From NCBI RefSeq assembly GCF_000306885.1, contig NC_018267.1, forward strand, positions 420,001 through 452,000: a stretch of DNA of 32,000 nucleotides, read 5' to 3'. This document shows, one piece after another, positions 8,985 to 19,720 of the stretch; the stretch's first letter is position 1, and the number at the start of each line of letters is the position of its first letter. A program made the position numbers and the translations under genes. The notes beneath the pieces were generated by a model that saw only the letters and a program-made list of their open reading frames with translations, ran no database searches and had not been told where the DNA came from. The DNA comes from Wolbachia endosymbiont of Onchocerca ochengi (GTDB lineage Bacteria > Pseudomonadota > Alphaproteobacteria > Rickettsiales > Anaplasmataceae).

Positions 8985-10246
8985 ACAGAAGAGTAATAGT
9001 TACTGGTGTTGGCTTAATTACTCCACTGGCAACAGATGTTAGAAATACTTGGCTTAAGTTAATAGATGGTAAATCTGGTGTAAGAGGGATCAGCAGGTTT
9101 AATGCTTCTGATCTTGCTTGTAAAGTTGCAGGACAAGTTCCCTTACAACATGATAATATTGATCACTGCTTTAATTCATTAGATTATGTTTCTAAAAAAG
9201 ATCTAAAAAGGACAGATCGTTTTATTCACTATGGTATTGCTGCTGCTGTTCAGGCAGTAGACGATTCACTAATTTTAGAAAGCCAAAATATTAATCGGGA
9301 ACGTATTGGTGTTACTGTTGGTTCCGGTATAGGTGGCCTTTCATCAATTCAAGAAAATGTAATTACTATGCAGGAAAAAGGACCTAGACGTGTTAGTCCA
9401 TTTTTTGTTCCTGCAAGTTTAATAAATTTGATATCTGGTCATATCTCTATTAAATATAAATTTATGGGCCCAAACGATTCAGCAGTAACTGCATGTGCAA
9501 CAGGTGCACATGCAATAATAAACTCAGCAAGAACTATAAAACTTGGCGAAGCAGATGTAATGATTGCAGGTGGATCAGAAAGTGCTCTGTGTAGAGTGGG
9601 AATTGCGGGTTTTGCATCTATGAAGGCATTATCAACTAGATTTAATGATAAGCCTGAAGAAGCTTCAAGACCATGGGATAAAGAACGTGATGGATTTGTT
9701 ATGGGTGAAGGAGCAGGTGTATTAGTTTTAGAAGAATATGAACATGCAAGGAAAAGAGAAGCAAAAGTATATGCTGAATTGGTTGGATATGGACTAACAG
9801 GGGATGCACATCACATTACATCGCCACATTTAGAAGGAAGGGGTGCATTCAAAGCAATGCAAATTGCCTTAAAGAGTGCGCAAATTAACCCAAATCAAAT
9901 TGGATATATTAATGCACATGGCACTTCAACACCGCTTGGAGATAAAATTGAAGTGATAGCAATAAAACGGTTATTTGGTGAACATGCTTATAAAGTACCG
10001 GTTTCTTCCACTAAGTCTTCTATAGGGCACTTGCTTGGCGCTGCAGGGAGCGTTGAAGCAATATTTAGCATCCTTGCATTAAATAACGGAATTACTCCAC
10101 CAACTTTAAATTTACATAAGCCTTCAGAAGGATGTGATTTAAATTTTGTACCGTTTAAGGCTCAAGAACACAAAATTCAATATGTACTTTCTAATTCATT
10201 TGGCTTCGGCGGCACTAACGCATCACTTATCTTTGGACAAGTATAA
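8981..10246 (+). CDS. fabF: Beta-ketoacyl-ACP synthase II
   Basis: 421 aa ORF. Cys-His-His triad contexts are present: 'VTACATGAHAI', 'INAHGTSTPLGDKIE', 'SSIGHLLGAAG'. It overlaps the acpP stop in an ATGA arrangement. Confidence 0.97.
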   Translation: MNRRVIVTGVGLITPLATDVRNTWLKLIDGKSGVRGISRFNASDLACKVAGQVPLQHDNIDHCFNSLDYVSKKDLKRTDRFIHYGIAAAVQAVDDSLILESQNINRERIGVTVGSGIGGLSSIQENVITMQEKGPRRVSPFFVPASLINLISGHISIKYKFMGPNDSAVTACATGAHAIINSARTIKLGEADVMIAGGSESALCRVGIAGFASMKALSTRFNDKPEEASRPWDKERDGFVMGEGAGVLVLEEYEHARKREAKVYAELVGYGLTGDAHHITSPHLEGRGAFKAMQIALKSAQINPNQIGYINAHGTSTPLGDKIEVIAIKRLFGEHAYKVPVSSTKSSIGHLLGAAGSVEAIFSILALNNGITPPTLNLHKPSEGCDLNFVPFKAQEHKIQYVLSNSFGFGGTNASLIFGQV

Positions 10247-10553
10247 TTCAGTTTTTTACTGGAATTGTTTATAGCTAAAATATACAAACATAGAGTTCTC
10301 TTATTTTATAGAGTAGTTACTTTTTATAAATTTTCTATCTTATACCATCTAAAAGTGCATAGTGAAGTTTAGATGGAAATAAATTTTGCTTTTCAGTAAG
10401 CTTATTGTTATTGAAAGATATTCAAGAAGCTTTTTTAGTCGATTGTGACCTAGATAAGTTGAGGAATAAATTTTATTTACTTTTGCAATATCTTAAGATC
10501 TAATGTCACTTTATCAGTAAAAAATATCAAAAAGGATTGTAATTTAGGCTAAT

Positions 10554-11483
10554 ATGTTTTTTACCCTTTTTCTTAAAATATTGCCTGTTTATATTACAAT
10601 ACTGATTGGTTGTTTGGCAGGGAAATACCTTAAAGTTGATAAAAATACTATATCTCAAATACTTTTTTATATAGCTAATCCAATAGTAATTCTATATGGA
10701 GTATCCCATACAGAGGTTAATTTAAAGGTAATTTCTTTGCCGATTTTAATATGGTTCATAGGTAGCACTATGTCCTTATCGGTTTATTATCTTTCTTCTT
10801 TTCTATTTAAAGATAACACGAAAAATATATTAGCATTTAGCTCAGGCAGTACAAGCATGGGTTATTTTGGCTTGCCAATTGCTATGACTTTATTTGATGA
10901 AGATTCAGTGTCTGTATATGTTGTCTGTTATATAGGAATGGCGCTGTTTGAAAATAGCTTAGGATTTTATATAGCTGCAAATGGTATATATACTGCGAAA
11001 GAATGTATGTTAAGATTGTTCAGGCTTCCTTCATCTTATGCGATGATTTTAGGCTTTTTTTTAAGTATATGCAATGTGCAAATACCTGCTTTTTTGATAG
11101 ATGTTATGATGAATATTAGAAGTACATTTATTACATTAGGAATGGTGCTGTTTGGAGTGAGTATTGTACAAATTACAAATTTTAAAATAGATTGGAAGCT
11201 TGCTTTAACTACTATTACAGCAAAGTACGTGTTCTGGCCATTATTTGTTTTAGGAATTGTTCTGATAGACAAACATATTATAGGTATATACGACGAGAGT
11301 ATATATAAAGCACTGATGTTGCTAGCTATTATTCCAGTTTCCGGATCTAGTGTGGTACTTGCTAATATTTTAAATTATCAACCAGATAGAGCTACTTTAT
11401 TACTTCTCATAAGTACCACAGTGGGACTGTTTTACGTCCCACTAATGATATCATTATTTTTTGCTAAACTTATTCCTTTTTGA
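10554..11483 (+). CDS. AEC (auxin efflux carrier) family transporter
   Basis: 309 aa ORF with about 10 TM segments and the AEC-type pattern 'ILFYIANPIVILYGVSH...SSGSTSMGYFGLPIAMTLF...VPVSGSSVVLANIL'. Confidence 0.8.
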   Translation: MFFTLFLKILPVYITILIGCLAGKYLKVDKNTISQILFYIANPIVILYGVSHTEVNLKVISLPILIWFIGSTMSLSVYYLSSFLFKDNTKNILAFSSGSTSMGYFGLPIAMTLFDEDSVSVYVVCYIGMALFENSLGFYIAANGIYTAKECMLRLFRLPSSYAMILGFFLSICNVQIPAFLIDVMMNIRSTFITLGMVLFGVSIVQITNFKIDWKLALTTITAKYVFWPLFVLGIVLIDKHIIGIYDESIYKALMLLAIIPVSGSSVVLANILNYQPDRATLLLLISTTVGLFYVPLMISLFFAKLIPF

Positions 11484-11545
11484 TTAGAAACTTGGACAGT
11501 GTGACGTTATATGTACACTGACTACTGATTGAATATGGTCTTATA

Positions 11546-13021
11546 TCAAACTAAGCTACGTAGTTCAATTATCCTACCACAATTTTGCTCGATTACATTT
11601 GCTACATTCAATATTCCAGCTTCATCATAATAGTTTCCAATTACTTGTAAAGCAAGTGGTAGCCCTTCACTAGAAAGTCCAACAGGAATAGAAATAGCAG
11701 GTAGGCCAGCTAAACTTGCTGGTACAGTAAAAACATCATTGATGCACATAATTATCGGGTCTGGCTTTTCATTTAAGCCAAAAGCTTCTGTCGGAGCGGA
11801 TGGAACAAGTATGTAATCTACTTTCTCGAATGCTTTTATAAAATCATTCCTGATTAATGCTCTAATACATTGTGCTTTTTCATAATATTCATTATAATGA
11901 CCTGAAGAAAGTGCATAAGCACCGATGAGGATTCTTCTTTTCACTTCTTTTCCAAAACCTTCTGCTCTTGTTAGTGAGTACATTTCTTCAAGGGTATCAG
12001 CATCAGCTCTGAATCCGTAATGCACACCATCGTAGCGAGCAAGATTAGATGAAGCTTCAGCAGAGCAGATTAAATAGTAGACTGGTATTGCATATTTAGT
12101 GTATGGCAAGGCAATATCAACAATTTTAGCACCGCTTTCTTTTAAATTGGAAGAAACTTTTTCCCAATAGTGGACGATTTCTTCTGAAATTCCATCCATT
12201 CTATACTCTTTTGGTATACCAATGCTTTTGCCCTTAATATCACCACTTATAAGGCTAGAAAACTTAGGTACTAGCCTTTCGCTTGATGTTGAGTCTTTAT
12301 TATCATAGCCACAAATTGTTTCCAGCATTAATGCTGAGTCAGAGACAGAACGGGTTATAACTCCTGCTTGATCCAAAGAACTTGCAAATGCGATCATGCC
12401 AAAACGTGAACACCTCCCATAGGTTGGTTTTATTCCAACTACTCCACAATAAGCTGCTGGTTGGCGTACAGATCCACCGGTGTCACTTCCGAGTGCTCCA
12501 GCGCATAAGAATCCGGCAACTGCTGATGCAGATCCGCCAGATGATCCACCAGGTACAACCTTTTCCCCATCACTTTTCCTAGTCCAAACATTTTCAACAG
12601 GACCAAACCAGCTGTTTGTGTTTGCGGAGCCCATAGCAAATTCATCCATGTTAAGCTTACCAAGCATGGCTGCTCCGCTTTTTAGAAGCAATTTAGATAC
12701 TGTAGATTCGTAAGTAGGAACGAAGTTTTCTAGCATTTTTGAACATGCTGTTGTTTTTATTCCTTTTGTGCAGAATAAATCTTTGACCCCAACTGGTATG
12801 CCCATGAGCGGTGGAGTTATATCGTCTTTCTGTTTTGAAAAATGTTCATCTGCTGCTTTAGCGGCTTTTATTGCTATTTCTGGAGTTTTTGTTACAAATG
12901 CATTTAGTTTCTCATCTTCAACTGCATTGATATGTACCTCTGTAAGTTCAACAGCGGAAAAATCTTTTCGATTGAGCCCATCACGCATCTCTGTAATGCT
13001 TAACTTTCTTAGTTCATTCAT
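11546..13021 (-). CDS. gatA: Glutamyl-tRNA(Gln)/aspartyl-tRNA(Asn) amidotransferase subunit A
   Basis: 491 aa ORF with the amidase signature 'GSDTGGSVRQPAAYCGVVGIKPTYGRCSRFGMIAFASSLDQAG' and 'GGSSGGSASAVAG'. Confidence 0.97.
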   Translation of the reverse strand: MNELRKLSITEMRDGLNRKDFSAVELTEVHINAVEDEKLNAFVTKTPEIAIKAAKAADEHFSKQKDDITPPLMGIPVGVKDLFCTKGIKTTACSKMLENFVPTYESTVSKLLLKSGAAMLGKLNMDEFAMGSANTNSWFGPVENVWTRKSDGEKVVPGGSSGGSASAVAGFLCAGALGSDTGGSVRQPAAYCGVVGIKPTYGRCSRFGMIAFASSLDQAGVITRSVSDSALMLETICGYDNKDSTSSERLVPKFSSLISGDIKGKSIGIPKEYRMDGISEEIVHYWEKVSSNLKESGAKIVDIALPYTKYAIPVYYLICSAEASSNLARYDGVHYGFRADADTLEEMYSLTRAEGFGKEVKRRILIGAYALSSGHYNEYYEKAQCIRALIRNDFIKAFEKVDYILVPSAPTEAFGLNEKPDPIIMCINDVFTVPASLAGLPAISIPVGLSSEGLPLALQVIGNYYDEAGILNVANVIEQNCGRIIELRSLV

Positions 13022-13535
13022 TAATATTCAATTTTTAGCAAAACATTAATTATAACAACAATAGGATAAAGGGTCTATACATTTATAGTTATAGCTAGAA
13101 ATGTAATTAAGGTAACTTGGATTACCAAAATGAGTTTATAATTAAAGTTGATAGCATACTTTTGAAGTATCATCTCAATGTATATCATATGAATATTGTG
13201 ATTTGATAGTTCCGCAGCAAAACACAGTGTTCCAAGCTTCTTAGAATTGGAATAATATAGTGTTTGTTGTTAAAATTTAGAATTTATTAGCCATTTTTAT
13301 TTTAATATAATTAAATCCACTAATGTAAATAGTGAATTACTATTCTTAAATTTGACTAAATTGATTGTAGAAGAAAGAATTTTCAATAGGTCGTTTTATA
13401 ACCTTAGCTATAAGCTAACTTACTATGCAACAAGCAAGGTTAGCTTGTAAAAGTAGTCTTTACTCTTTGTTTTGCTATAAAACAATTGAATTGACTTTAT
13501 ATGAGTAATCAATATAACTTAGTCAATTGCATATT

Positions 13536-13607
13536 GACTCTTTCGTCTAGTGGTTAGGACATCACTCTTTCACGGTGGTAACACGGGTTCAAATCCCGTA
13601 AGAGTCA
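13536..13607 (+). tRNA. tRNA-Glu (anticodon TTC)
   Basis: Cloverleaf read by eye: acceptor GACTCTT/AAGAGTC, D-arm TCGTCTAGTGGTTAGGAC, anticodon loop CTTTCAC, T-arm ACGGGTTCAAATCCCGT. Confidence 0.95.
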
Positions 13608-13722
13608 TATTGGGCTAACTAGTATGGTTGGTGTCATATCTAGAAGCAATGAAATGCTTTATTTTTTGGCCAGAAAGTTTTTATTTCTTGTTTTTGGCTT
13701 CTTTGATATTTAGGTTGATTGC

Positions 13723-14454
13723 TTAAGTTAAATTGGTTTTCTTACTATTATTAATTTTTCCTATCATTAACTCGGCAGCTTTTTGTTCGGCAACCTTTTT
13801 GCTAGAAGCACATGCAGAAACTCTGCCATGATTTTTTATGTAAACTGATATAGTAAATTCTGGATTATGTGCTGGTCCAGTCTGTTTTTTAAGTTCATAC
13901 TTTGGTAAGGGTAGTTTATTTTTCTGTGTCCATTCTTGTAGCGAGGTTTTAGGGTCTTGAGGGGGATTGAGCATATATTTAGCTAGCTTTTCCCAATATT
14001 GGGTGACAAATCTTTCAACATTTCTAAATCCGCCGTCAATGTAAATCGCACCTATTAGTGCTTCAAGTGCGTTTTCTAAATTTTTTAGGTTGTATTTTCC
14101 TCCATTACATTGCTCACTGTTATCCATGATAATAAAATCACCCAATTTTATCACTTTGGCAACATTAGCAATAGTACTACCACAGACTAAGTCTGTTTTT
14201 CGTTTTGCCAACCTCCCTTCTTTTTCTTTAGGAAAGAGTTTAAATAGTATAGTAGACACAACCATATTTAGAATACTGTCACCTAGAAACTCTAGTCTTT
14301 CATAATTTTCAATTTGGTTTTTGCTGTTTCGTTTATTTAAGCTTGGATGGGTTAATGCTTCTTTTAGAATAGAATAATTTTTAAACCTATAGTTAATAAT
14401 TTCGGATATAGTATCGTTTAAGTTTTGCATGTTTGTTATCTTGGAAAGAAACAC
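13723..14454 (-). CDS. rnc: Ribonuclease III
   Basis: 243 aa ORF with the RNase III signature 'NYERLEFLGDSILNMVVS', 'LENALEALIGAIYIDGG' and a C-terminal dsRBD. Confidence 0.97.
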   Translation of the reverse strand: MFLSKITNMQNLNDTISEIINYRFKNYSILKEALTHPSLNKRNSKNQIENYERLEFLGDSILNMVVSTILFKLFPKEKEGRLAKRKTDLVCGSTIANVAKVIKLGDFIIMDNSEQCNGGKYNLKNLENALEALIGAIYIDGGFRNVERFVTQYWEKLAKYMLNPPQDPKTSLQEWTQKNKLPLPKYELKKQTGPAHNPEFTISVYIKNHGRVSACASSKKVAEQKAAELMIGKINNSKKTNLT

Positions 14455-14511
14455 TTCCTATTTTATACCTTTATATCAGAAAATTAGTTTTATTCTATTA
14501 AAATAAAGTTG

Positions 14512-15609
14512 CTAAAACTCACAATCACAACCCACTGCCTCACTGATGTTACTAAGTCCATCTCTTCTTATTAGCTCTGCAAGCTCCAGATTGATTTTAT
14601 TCACGATTTGAGGTCCGTGATATATGAGAGCAGTATATAGTTGTACTAAAGATGCTCCTGCCTTTATTTTTTTGTATGCATCAATACCACTTGAAATCCC
14701 TCCGCACCCTATCAATAACATTTTGCCTTTGGTAAGTTTATACATATCACTCAATAGCTCAGTTGAAAGTTTGAACAACGGCCTGCCACTCAGTCCACCA
14801 CTCTCATTATAATGAAAGTACAGATTATCTCGATTAACTGTAGTGTTGCTTACTACCAAGCCATCAATTTTATATTCTAATGCAAGCTCAGCAATGTTTT
14901 CTTTCGTTTGTTGGTCTATATCTGGTGAGATTTTTAGCATTATAGGAGTATATTTAGCACTGTTAATTGACTGCCTGGTTAGAGTTATGGATTTCAGTAA
15001 TTCTGATAATTCTTGTTTATTGTGCAAGTTGCGTAAATTGGGTGTGTTTGGAGATGAAATGTTCAGCACTATATAGTTGCTTTTTCCATGTACCATCTTT
15101 ATTAGGTCAATATAATCACTGATTTTGTTTTGTGATATGCTATTTTTCCCTATATTGATTCCAAAAATGTCATTATTAAGCCTAATTTTGTTTATTTGTT
15201 TGAGAAAGTAACCTATTCCTTTATTGTTAAATCCCAATCTATTGATTATTCCTTCATCTTGGGTTAACCGGAAGATTCTTGGCTTTTTATTTCCATATTG
15301 GGGGTATTTAGTTACAGTTCCAGCTTCAATAAACCCAAAACCAAATGAGAGCATGGAGCTTATAACTTCCGCATTCTTGTCAAAACCTGCAGCAAGACCT
15401 ACGGGGCTCTTAAGTTTGTTATTAAAGAAGTTTACGTTTAAAGACTCAGGTAGGTGTTCTGTGGGTTTTTTGTAAGGTATCTTTTTTAGAATCATGATTA
15501 CCAATGAATGGGCAATTTCAGGTGGTAACAAAAGCAGTAAGTTATGTAGTGTCATTCCTATAATGATACTCTTCAACTTATTTTCTATCATAAAATACTG
15601 TGGAAGCAT
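14512..15609 (-). CDS. pyrD: Dihydroorotate dehydrogenase (quinone), class 2
   Basis: 365 aa ORF with 'NPVG-like SPVGLAAGFDKNAEVI', 'YIVLNISSPNTPNLRNLH', 'GLVVSNTTVNR', 'GCGGISSGIDAYKKIKAGASLVQLYTALIYHGP'. Confidence 0.96.
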   Translation of the reverse strand: MLPQYFMIENKLKSIIIGMTLHNLLLLLPPEIAHSLVIMILKKIPYKKPTEHLPESLNVNFFNNKLKSPVGLAAGFDKNAEVISSMLSFGFGFIEAGTVTKYPQYGNKKPRIFRLTQDEGIINRLGFNNKGIGYFLKQINKIRLNNDIFGINIGKNSISQNKISDYIDLIKMVHGKSNYIVLNISSPNTPNLRNLHNKQELSELLKSITLTRQSINSAKYTPIMLKISPDIDQQTKENIAELALEYKIDGLVVSNTTVNRDNLYFHYNESGGLSGRPLFKLSTELLSDMYKLTKGKMLLIGCGGISSGIDAYKKIKAGASLVQLYTALIYHGPQIVNKINLELAELIRRDGLSNISEAVGCDCEF

Positions 15610-16426
15610 AGCCGTAATTTTTAAAAAGGTGTTCTCATTGATTTTACTTGTAAATAATAGGTAAAAGCTTTTTTCACAAAGTTTATTATTGCTATTATCT
15701 GATTCTTCTTCTTATTTCGATAGTGAGAGACTTCAAAAAATTTAGCTCTGAGCACTTAAGTTGTTCAGTACTGCTTCAATTGAGATTATGAGGCGGTCTA
15801 GCTTGGTATTAAAATTTCTGAATTTAATAGAAACACTGGCTATCTTTTTGGAAACCAATGGCTTAGTGTTTAAGAAAGTAATTATGTTATAAAAGGTATG
15901 ATTTCTGGTTGTAAAATCATGGCGGATTATTTTTCTTAAGCAGTGTTGATATGTTATAATTTTCTTATCTTAATGGTGCGAGATAGTTACTTTAGGAAGT
16001 AAAGAAAAAAACATTATAGTACGAGCAAGGGAGACATACTTTTTGAATTGCTGTAAATGGCGTTGATTAATGAAAAATTAACGTCTAAAGTAGTTGTTGT
16101 TAATGCTTTATAAAATAGTAAATGCGCTGAGGTTATTGAATTTAGGTCATATAGTAAAACTTTTGAGCAAGCAATTTCTCTGTTGAAAATAGTGGTGTGG
16201 TTAGTGCAACGAGTAAGTATATTATCTTCCATTTTGGGAACTTATAATGGGTGTAATACAGGATTTGGTAGTTACAACTAAAACTGTGGCAAGATTGTTA
16301 ACTTGCTAAAGGAATTGAGATTTTGAACTCAATACATAACCAGGTAGACTTAGGTTTGTTAAGGTAAGTTAGTCACTAAAAATACTGCTAAATTAAGTAG
16401 TTTTTCAAGATATAGAAAACGAGAAA

Positions 16427-16498
16427 GGCCAGGACCGGAATTGAACCGGTATAAAAGGATTTGCAATCCTCCGCATAAACCATTCTGCCACCTAGCCG
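16427..16498 (-). tRNA. tRNA-Cys (anticodon GCA)
   Basis: The reverse complement GGCTAGGTGGCAGAATGGTTTATGCGGAGGATTGCAAATCCTTTTATACCGGTTCAATTCCGGTCCTGGCCT folds as a cloverleaf with anticodon loop TTGCAAA and U73. Confidence 0.93.
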
Positions 16499-16502
16499 AT
16501 TT

Positions 16503-17399
16503 TTATGCGTAGATATCCATTATATCTTTTAGCATAGATAAAGCCTCTTCTCTTTTTCTTTGAAAAGAGTTGCGACCAATGATTGAACCATTACCACCAC
16601 CATGCTTAATTTCCTTTGCCTCATTATATATATCATTTGCTGATTTTGACTCACCACCAGAAAAAACTATTATTCTTTTTCCTGCAAAGCAAGATTTTCT
16701 GACATATTTAATCCTTTTAGATAAGGAATCAATATTTTCAACCTTTATTTTTTCTTTTTCTAAGTGGATAGTTGGAAGTTTTACTTTTATTATGTTCGCA
16801 CCAAGCAAAGCTGCTACGTGTGCAGCGTAGGAAATAACGTCAACTGCTGTTTCACCTTCTTTGGAAATTCCTTCACCGCGTGGATAAGACCATAGTACTA
16901 CTGCGAGTCCACAAGATTTAGCCTCAGATATGATTTCACAGGCTTCTTCTATCATATCAAAGCACTTAGCAGAACCAGGATATATGGTGAATCCAACAGC
17001 TGTACAGCCTAAACGCAGTGCATCTTTTACAGAAGCAGTGATTGCCTGATCGGAAGTTAAACTTTTAGAATGTAAAGAGTTCGAGCTATTGAGTTTTAGG
17101 ATAAGTGGCAGCATTCCGGCATAAGTTGAAACACCAGCTTCAATCATACCAAGCGGGGCAGCGTATGCGTTGACTCCTGAATCAATTGCAAGTTGAAAAT
17201 GATAATGCGGATCATAAGCATCAGGGTTAACTTCAAAGCTTTTGATTGGTCCATGCTCAAACCCTTGGTCTACAGGGAGAATTACTAATCTACCAGTTCC
17301 GCCAAGTTTTCCATGCATGAGAATACGAGTGAGGTTTGCTTTTACCCCAGGGTTTTCACTTTCGTAGTAACTTAGAATTTGTTTTACTTTGTCACTCAT
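16503..17399 (-). CDS. Class I fructose-bisphosphate aldolase (DhnA/FbaB type)
   Basis: 298 aa ORF: 'LPVDQGFEHGPIKSFEVNPDAYDPHYHFQLAIDSGVNAYAAPLGMIEAG', 'LWSYPRGEG', 'IIKVKLPT', 'IIGRNSFQR'. Confidence 0.93.
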   Translation of the reverse strand: MSDKVKQILSYYESENPGVKANLTRILMHGKLGGTGRLVILPVDQGFEHGPIKSFEVNPDAYDPHYHFQLAIDSGVNAYAAPLGMIEAGVSTYAGMLPLILKLNSSNSLHSKSLTSDQAITASVKDALRLGCTAVGFTIYPGSAKCFDMIEEACEIISEAKSCGLAVVLWSYPRGEGISKEGETAVDVISYAAHVAALLGANIIKVKLPTIHLEKEKIKVENIDSLSKRIKYVRKSCFAGKRIIVFSGGESKSANDIYNEAKEIKHGGGNGSIIGRNSFQRKREEALSMLKDIMDIYA

Positions 17400-17524
17400 T
17401 GTTACTATAACTCAAATTAATTTTAAATTATAACAAGGGTAAAGCTTAGTACAAGAGTTTTGTAAACGATATTAAAAGTAATCTTATTTACTTGTTTATT
17501 TATATAAATCCTTAATTTTTTCCT

Positions 17525-19720
17525 TTAATTAATTACTAATTCAGTATCTTTCTTAATTAAGTAATTTTTTATTTCTTCTCCAATTGGTCTTTTTATTGGA
17601 TTTGCTCCCATTTCCTTACTGTAGCCAGTTTGTATAAGGTAAAATTTTACTTCTTCCTTCACTGAGCAGATTATGTCTTTTTGCATGAGCTGTGTTTTTA
17701 GTTCATGAGCGAATTTATCCATAATATGCAGGATTATATCTATATTTAAGTCAGAGAAAGAAATAACAACATCGAGACGATTATGGAATTCATGACTAAA
17801 AACCTGCCTCTATTGCTTTTTTGCTATCACCAATGTTAAGATCCTTATATTTAAAACTAATGGAGTTTTTACTGCGTTCAGATATCTCTATGTTGGTTGT
17901 CATAATTAAAATTATATTAGTAAAGTTAAAACTTTATGCCTGTAGGTGCTTATAATACAATTATAATCTATGATTTGTAGTAATATATTAATAAATATCG
18001 CTTGTGAGCTTTCTTGATTTCATTAGGAAGTACGACATTATATTGACTGTTAGATACATTTTCTGTAAACAGTCTACCTTGGTTATAACTTATAATATAT
18101 CCATGGGGGAACTAATTATTCTAGATATTGAATAAGATACTTTATATTTGGATATGTCAAAATGTACAAGATTCATATTCATATTTTTGCTAGCTGTTTT
18201 CATAAGTTCAGTTTTACCTATGCTTGTTGGTCTGTAAAGAGATAATTAGTTAGAGGTTTATTATAATTTTTCAGCTCGAATTTAGCATTTTTAATGAAAT
18301 TAACAAGAGGTTCTATCGGCTTACCCTTGACCAAAAATTATCTTCTCGAGATTCTCTTTTAGAGGTTTGACTTTTGTATGTTATCAAATTCAGATCTATA
18401 AAATATGTTTGTAATCCTAGTGATAATTTCTTGATATCTTTGCTGTTTGCAATTTTTCGTTTGTTTTCTTTTGTAAATTGTAATATGCCTATGCTTTATC
18501 AGATAATGTCTGCACCACTAATATGTTTATATGAAAGTTTAATTGCAGCCTTAATGGCGTGTTTTGTATAATATACTACTACTTTCATAGTAGGACTTTG
18601 TACCGTTTAGTATTTTTATTGCCTCGTTAACAGAAGATTCTTTCATATTAATCTTTTGAAACCTTCTTACTAATGCTTTGTCCTTTTCAAAGCTATTGTT
18701 GTATTCTCTGTATGTAGTTGTACCTATACGATGCAATATGTGTACAAGTTTAAATGGATTACCAGTAGCATCAAGAAAGTTACCACTTGTTGAATCTGCT
18801 TCAGTAATAGTGTGTGTATTTCATCGATGAAAAGGATGCACCAGGTTTTGTCTCGATTGTTTTTATTATAGATTTTATTTTCTCTTTAAAGTTTCCTCTA
18901 TAGGGAGTTCTTGCAAGGAATGAACCTAAATCTAAAGCATAAATTATGCTGGACTTCAGCGTATTGGAGGCACTACCTAATGCTAAATCTTTTTCAACTA
19001 TCATAGTTTTACCAATATTTAGTCCCTGACATATAGAAAATTATTTTTTATGTCTTAATAAGATTTCTATAGTACGTTCTAATTCATAACCACGAACGAT
19101 AACATAGTCTATTTTTCTTACTTCTTCGCATAATCATTTAAATTTTTGCAATAACTTTGCAGAGCTTTTTCATTTTTATAATAGCTTATCTTTATTTACT
19201 ATAGTAGAGATATCGTTATTTTTATCAAATTTTTCTTTATGATTAGTAGTGTGTTCATATATATCATTTGAACATTTTATATTAGATATATGATAAACTA
19301 AATTAGAATTCTTTGTATTTTGTTTCTGCAATAGATCCTCAGTATATAGATCTGTTTAGATAAATTTCTACTAGAACATTTACTATTTATTTTTTCTTTC
19401 TAGGCTACAAGCTTATATTACGACTATATGTATTTATGCGTTGAAATAATGAATCAGGCCTAGTTCTATTGATGATCATTTCAGAAGTATCTTCTAGAGG
19501 ACCTGTTATGTTATTACCATAATAGCTATTAATTTTGACACTATATCTATATCTTGATAGAATATTGTTTATATTGATGCTTATCTTGATGGACATCATT
19601 TACAATCACATCTTTAGTTAATGCTAACAGTAAATGTTCTATTTGTGTGTACTTAAAATTGAAAATCAGAAGTAATTGGCAATATTCTATTTAAACTGCC
19701 TTTAAATTTTTATAAATCAT
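17525..19720 (-). pseudogene. clpA: Degenerate, nearly full-length ATP-dependent Clp protease ATPase subunit ClpA
   Basis: Fragments occur in ClpA order on the minus strand: 'MIYKNLKAV*...IEHLLLALTKD', 'NLNDYAKK*EKIDYVI..ELERTIEILLRHKK', 'MIVEKDLALGSASNTLKSSIIYALDLGSFLARTPYRGNFKEKIKSIIKTIETKPGA', 'RIGTTTYREYNNSFEKDKALVRRFQKINMKESSVNEAIKILNGTKSYYE', 'HAIKAAIKLSYKHIS', 'LYRPTSIGKTELMKTASKNMNMNLVHFDIS', 'YNQGRLFTENVSNSQYNVVLPNEIKKAH', 'NILLQIIDY', 'NIILIMTTN', 'FSHEFHNRLDVVI', 'YLIQTGYSKEMGANPIKRPIGEEIKNYL'. They are separated by frameshifts and stops. Confidence 0.92.

Noticed and set aside
12382-13049. Overlapping ORFs on the + strand (12382..12582, 12480..12713, 12768..13049) and 12439..12663 on the minus strand
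   Set aside because: They lie entirely or mostly inside the strongly supported gatA gene in other frames and have low-complexity translations with no family resemblance.
14090-15475. Plus-strand ORFs antisense to rnc and pyrD (14090..14305, 14624..14812, 14843..15076, 15224..15475)
   Set aside because: They are shadow ORFs of conserved minus-strand genes, with no recognizable domains.
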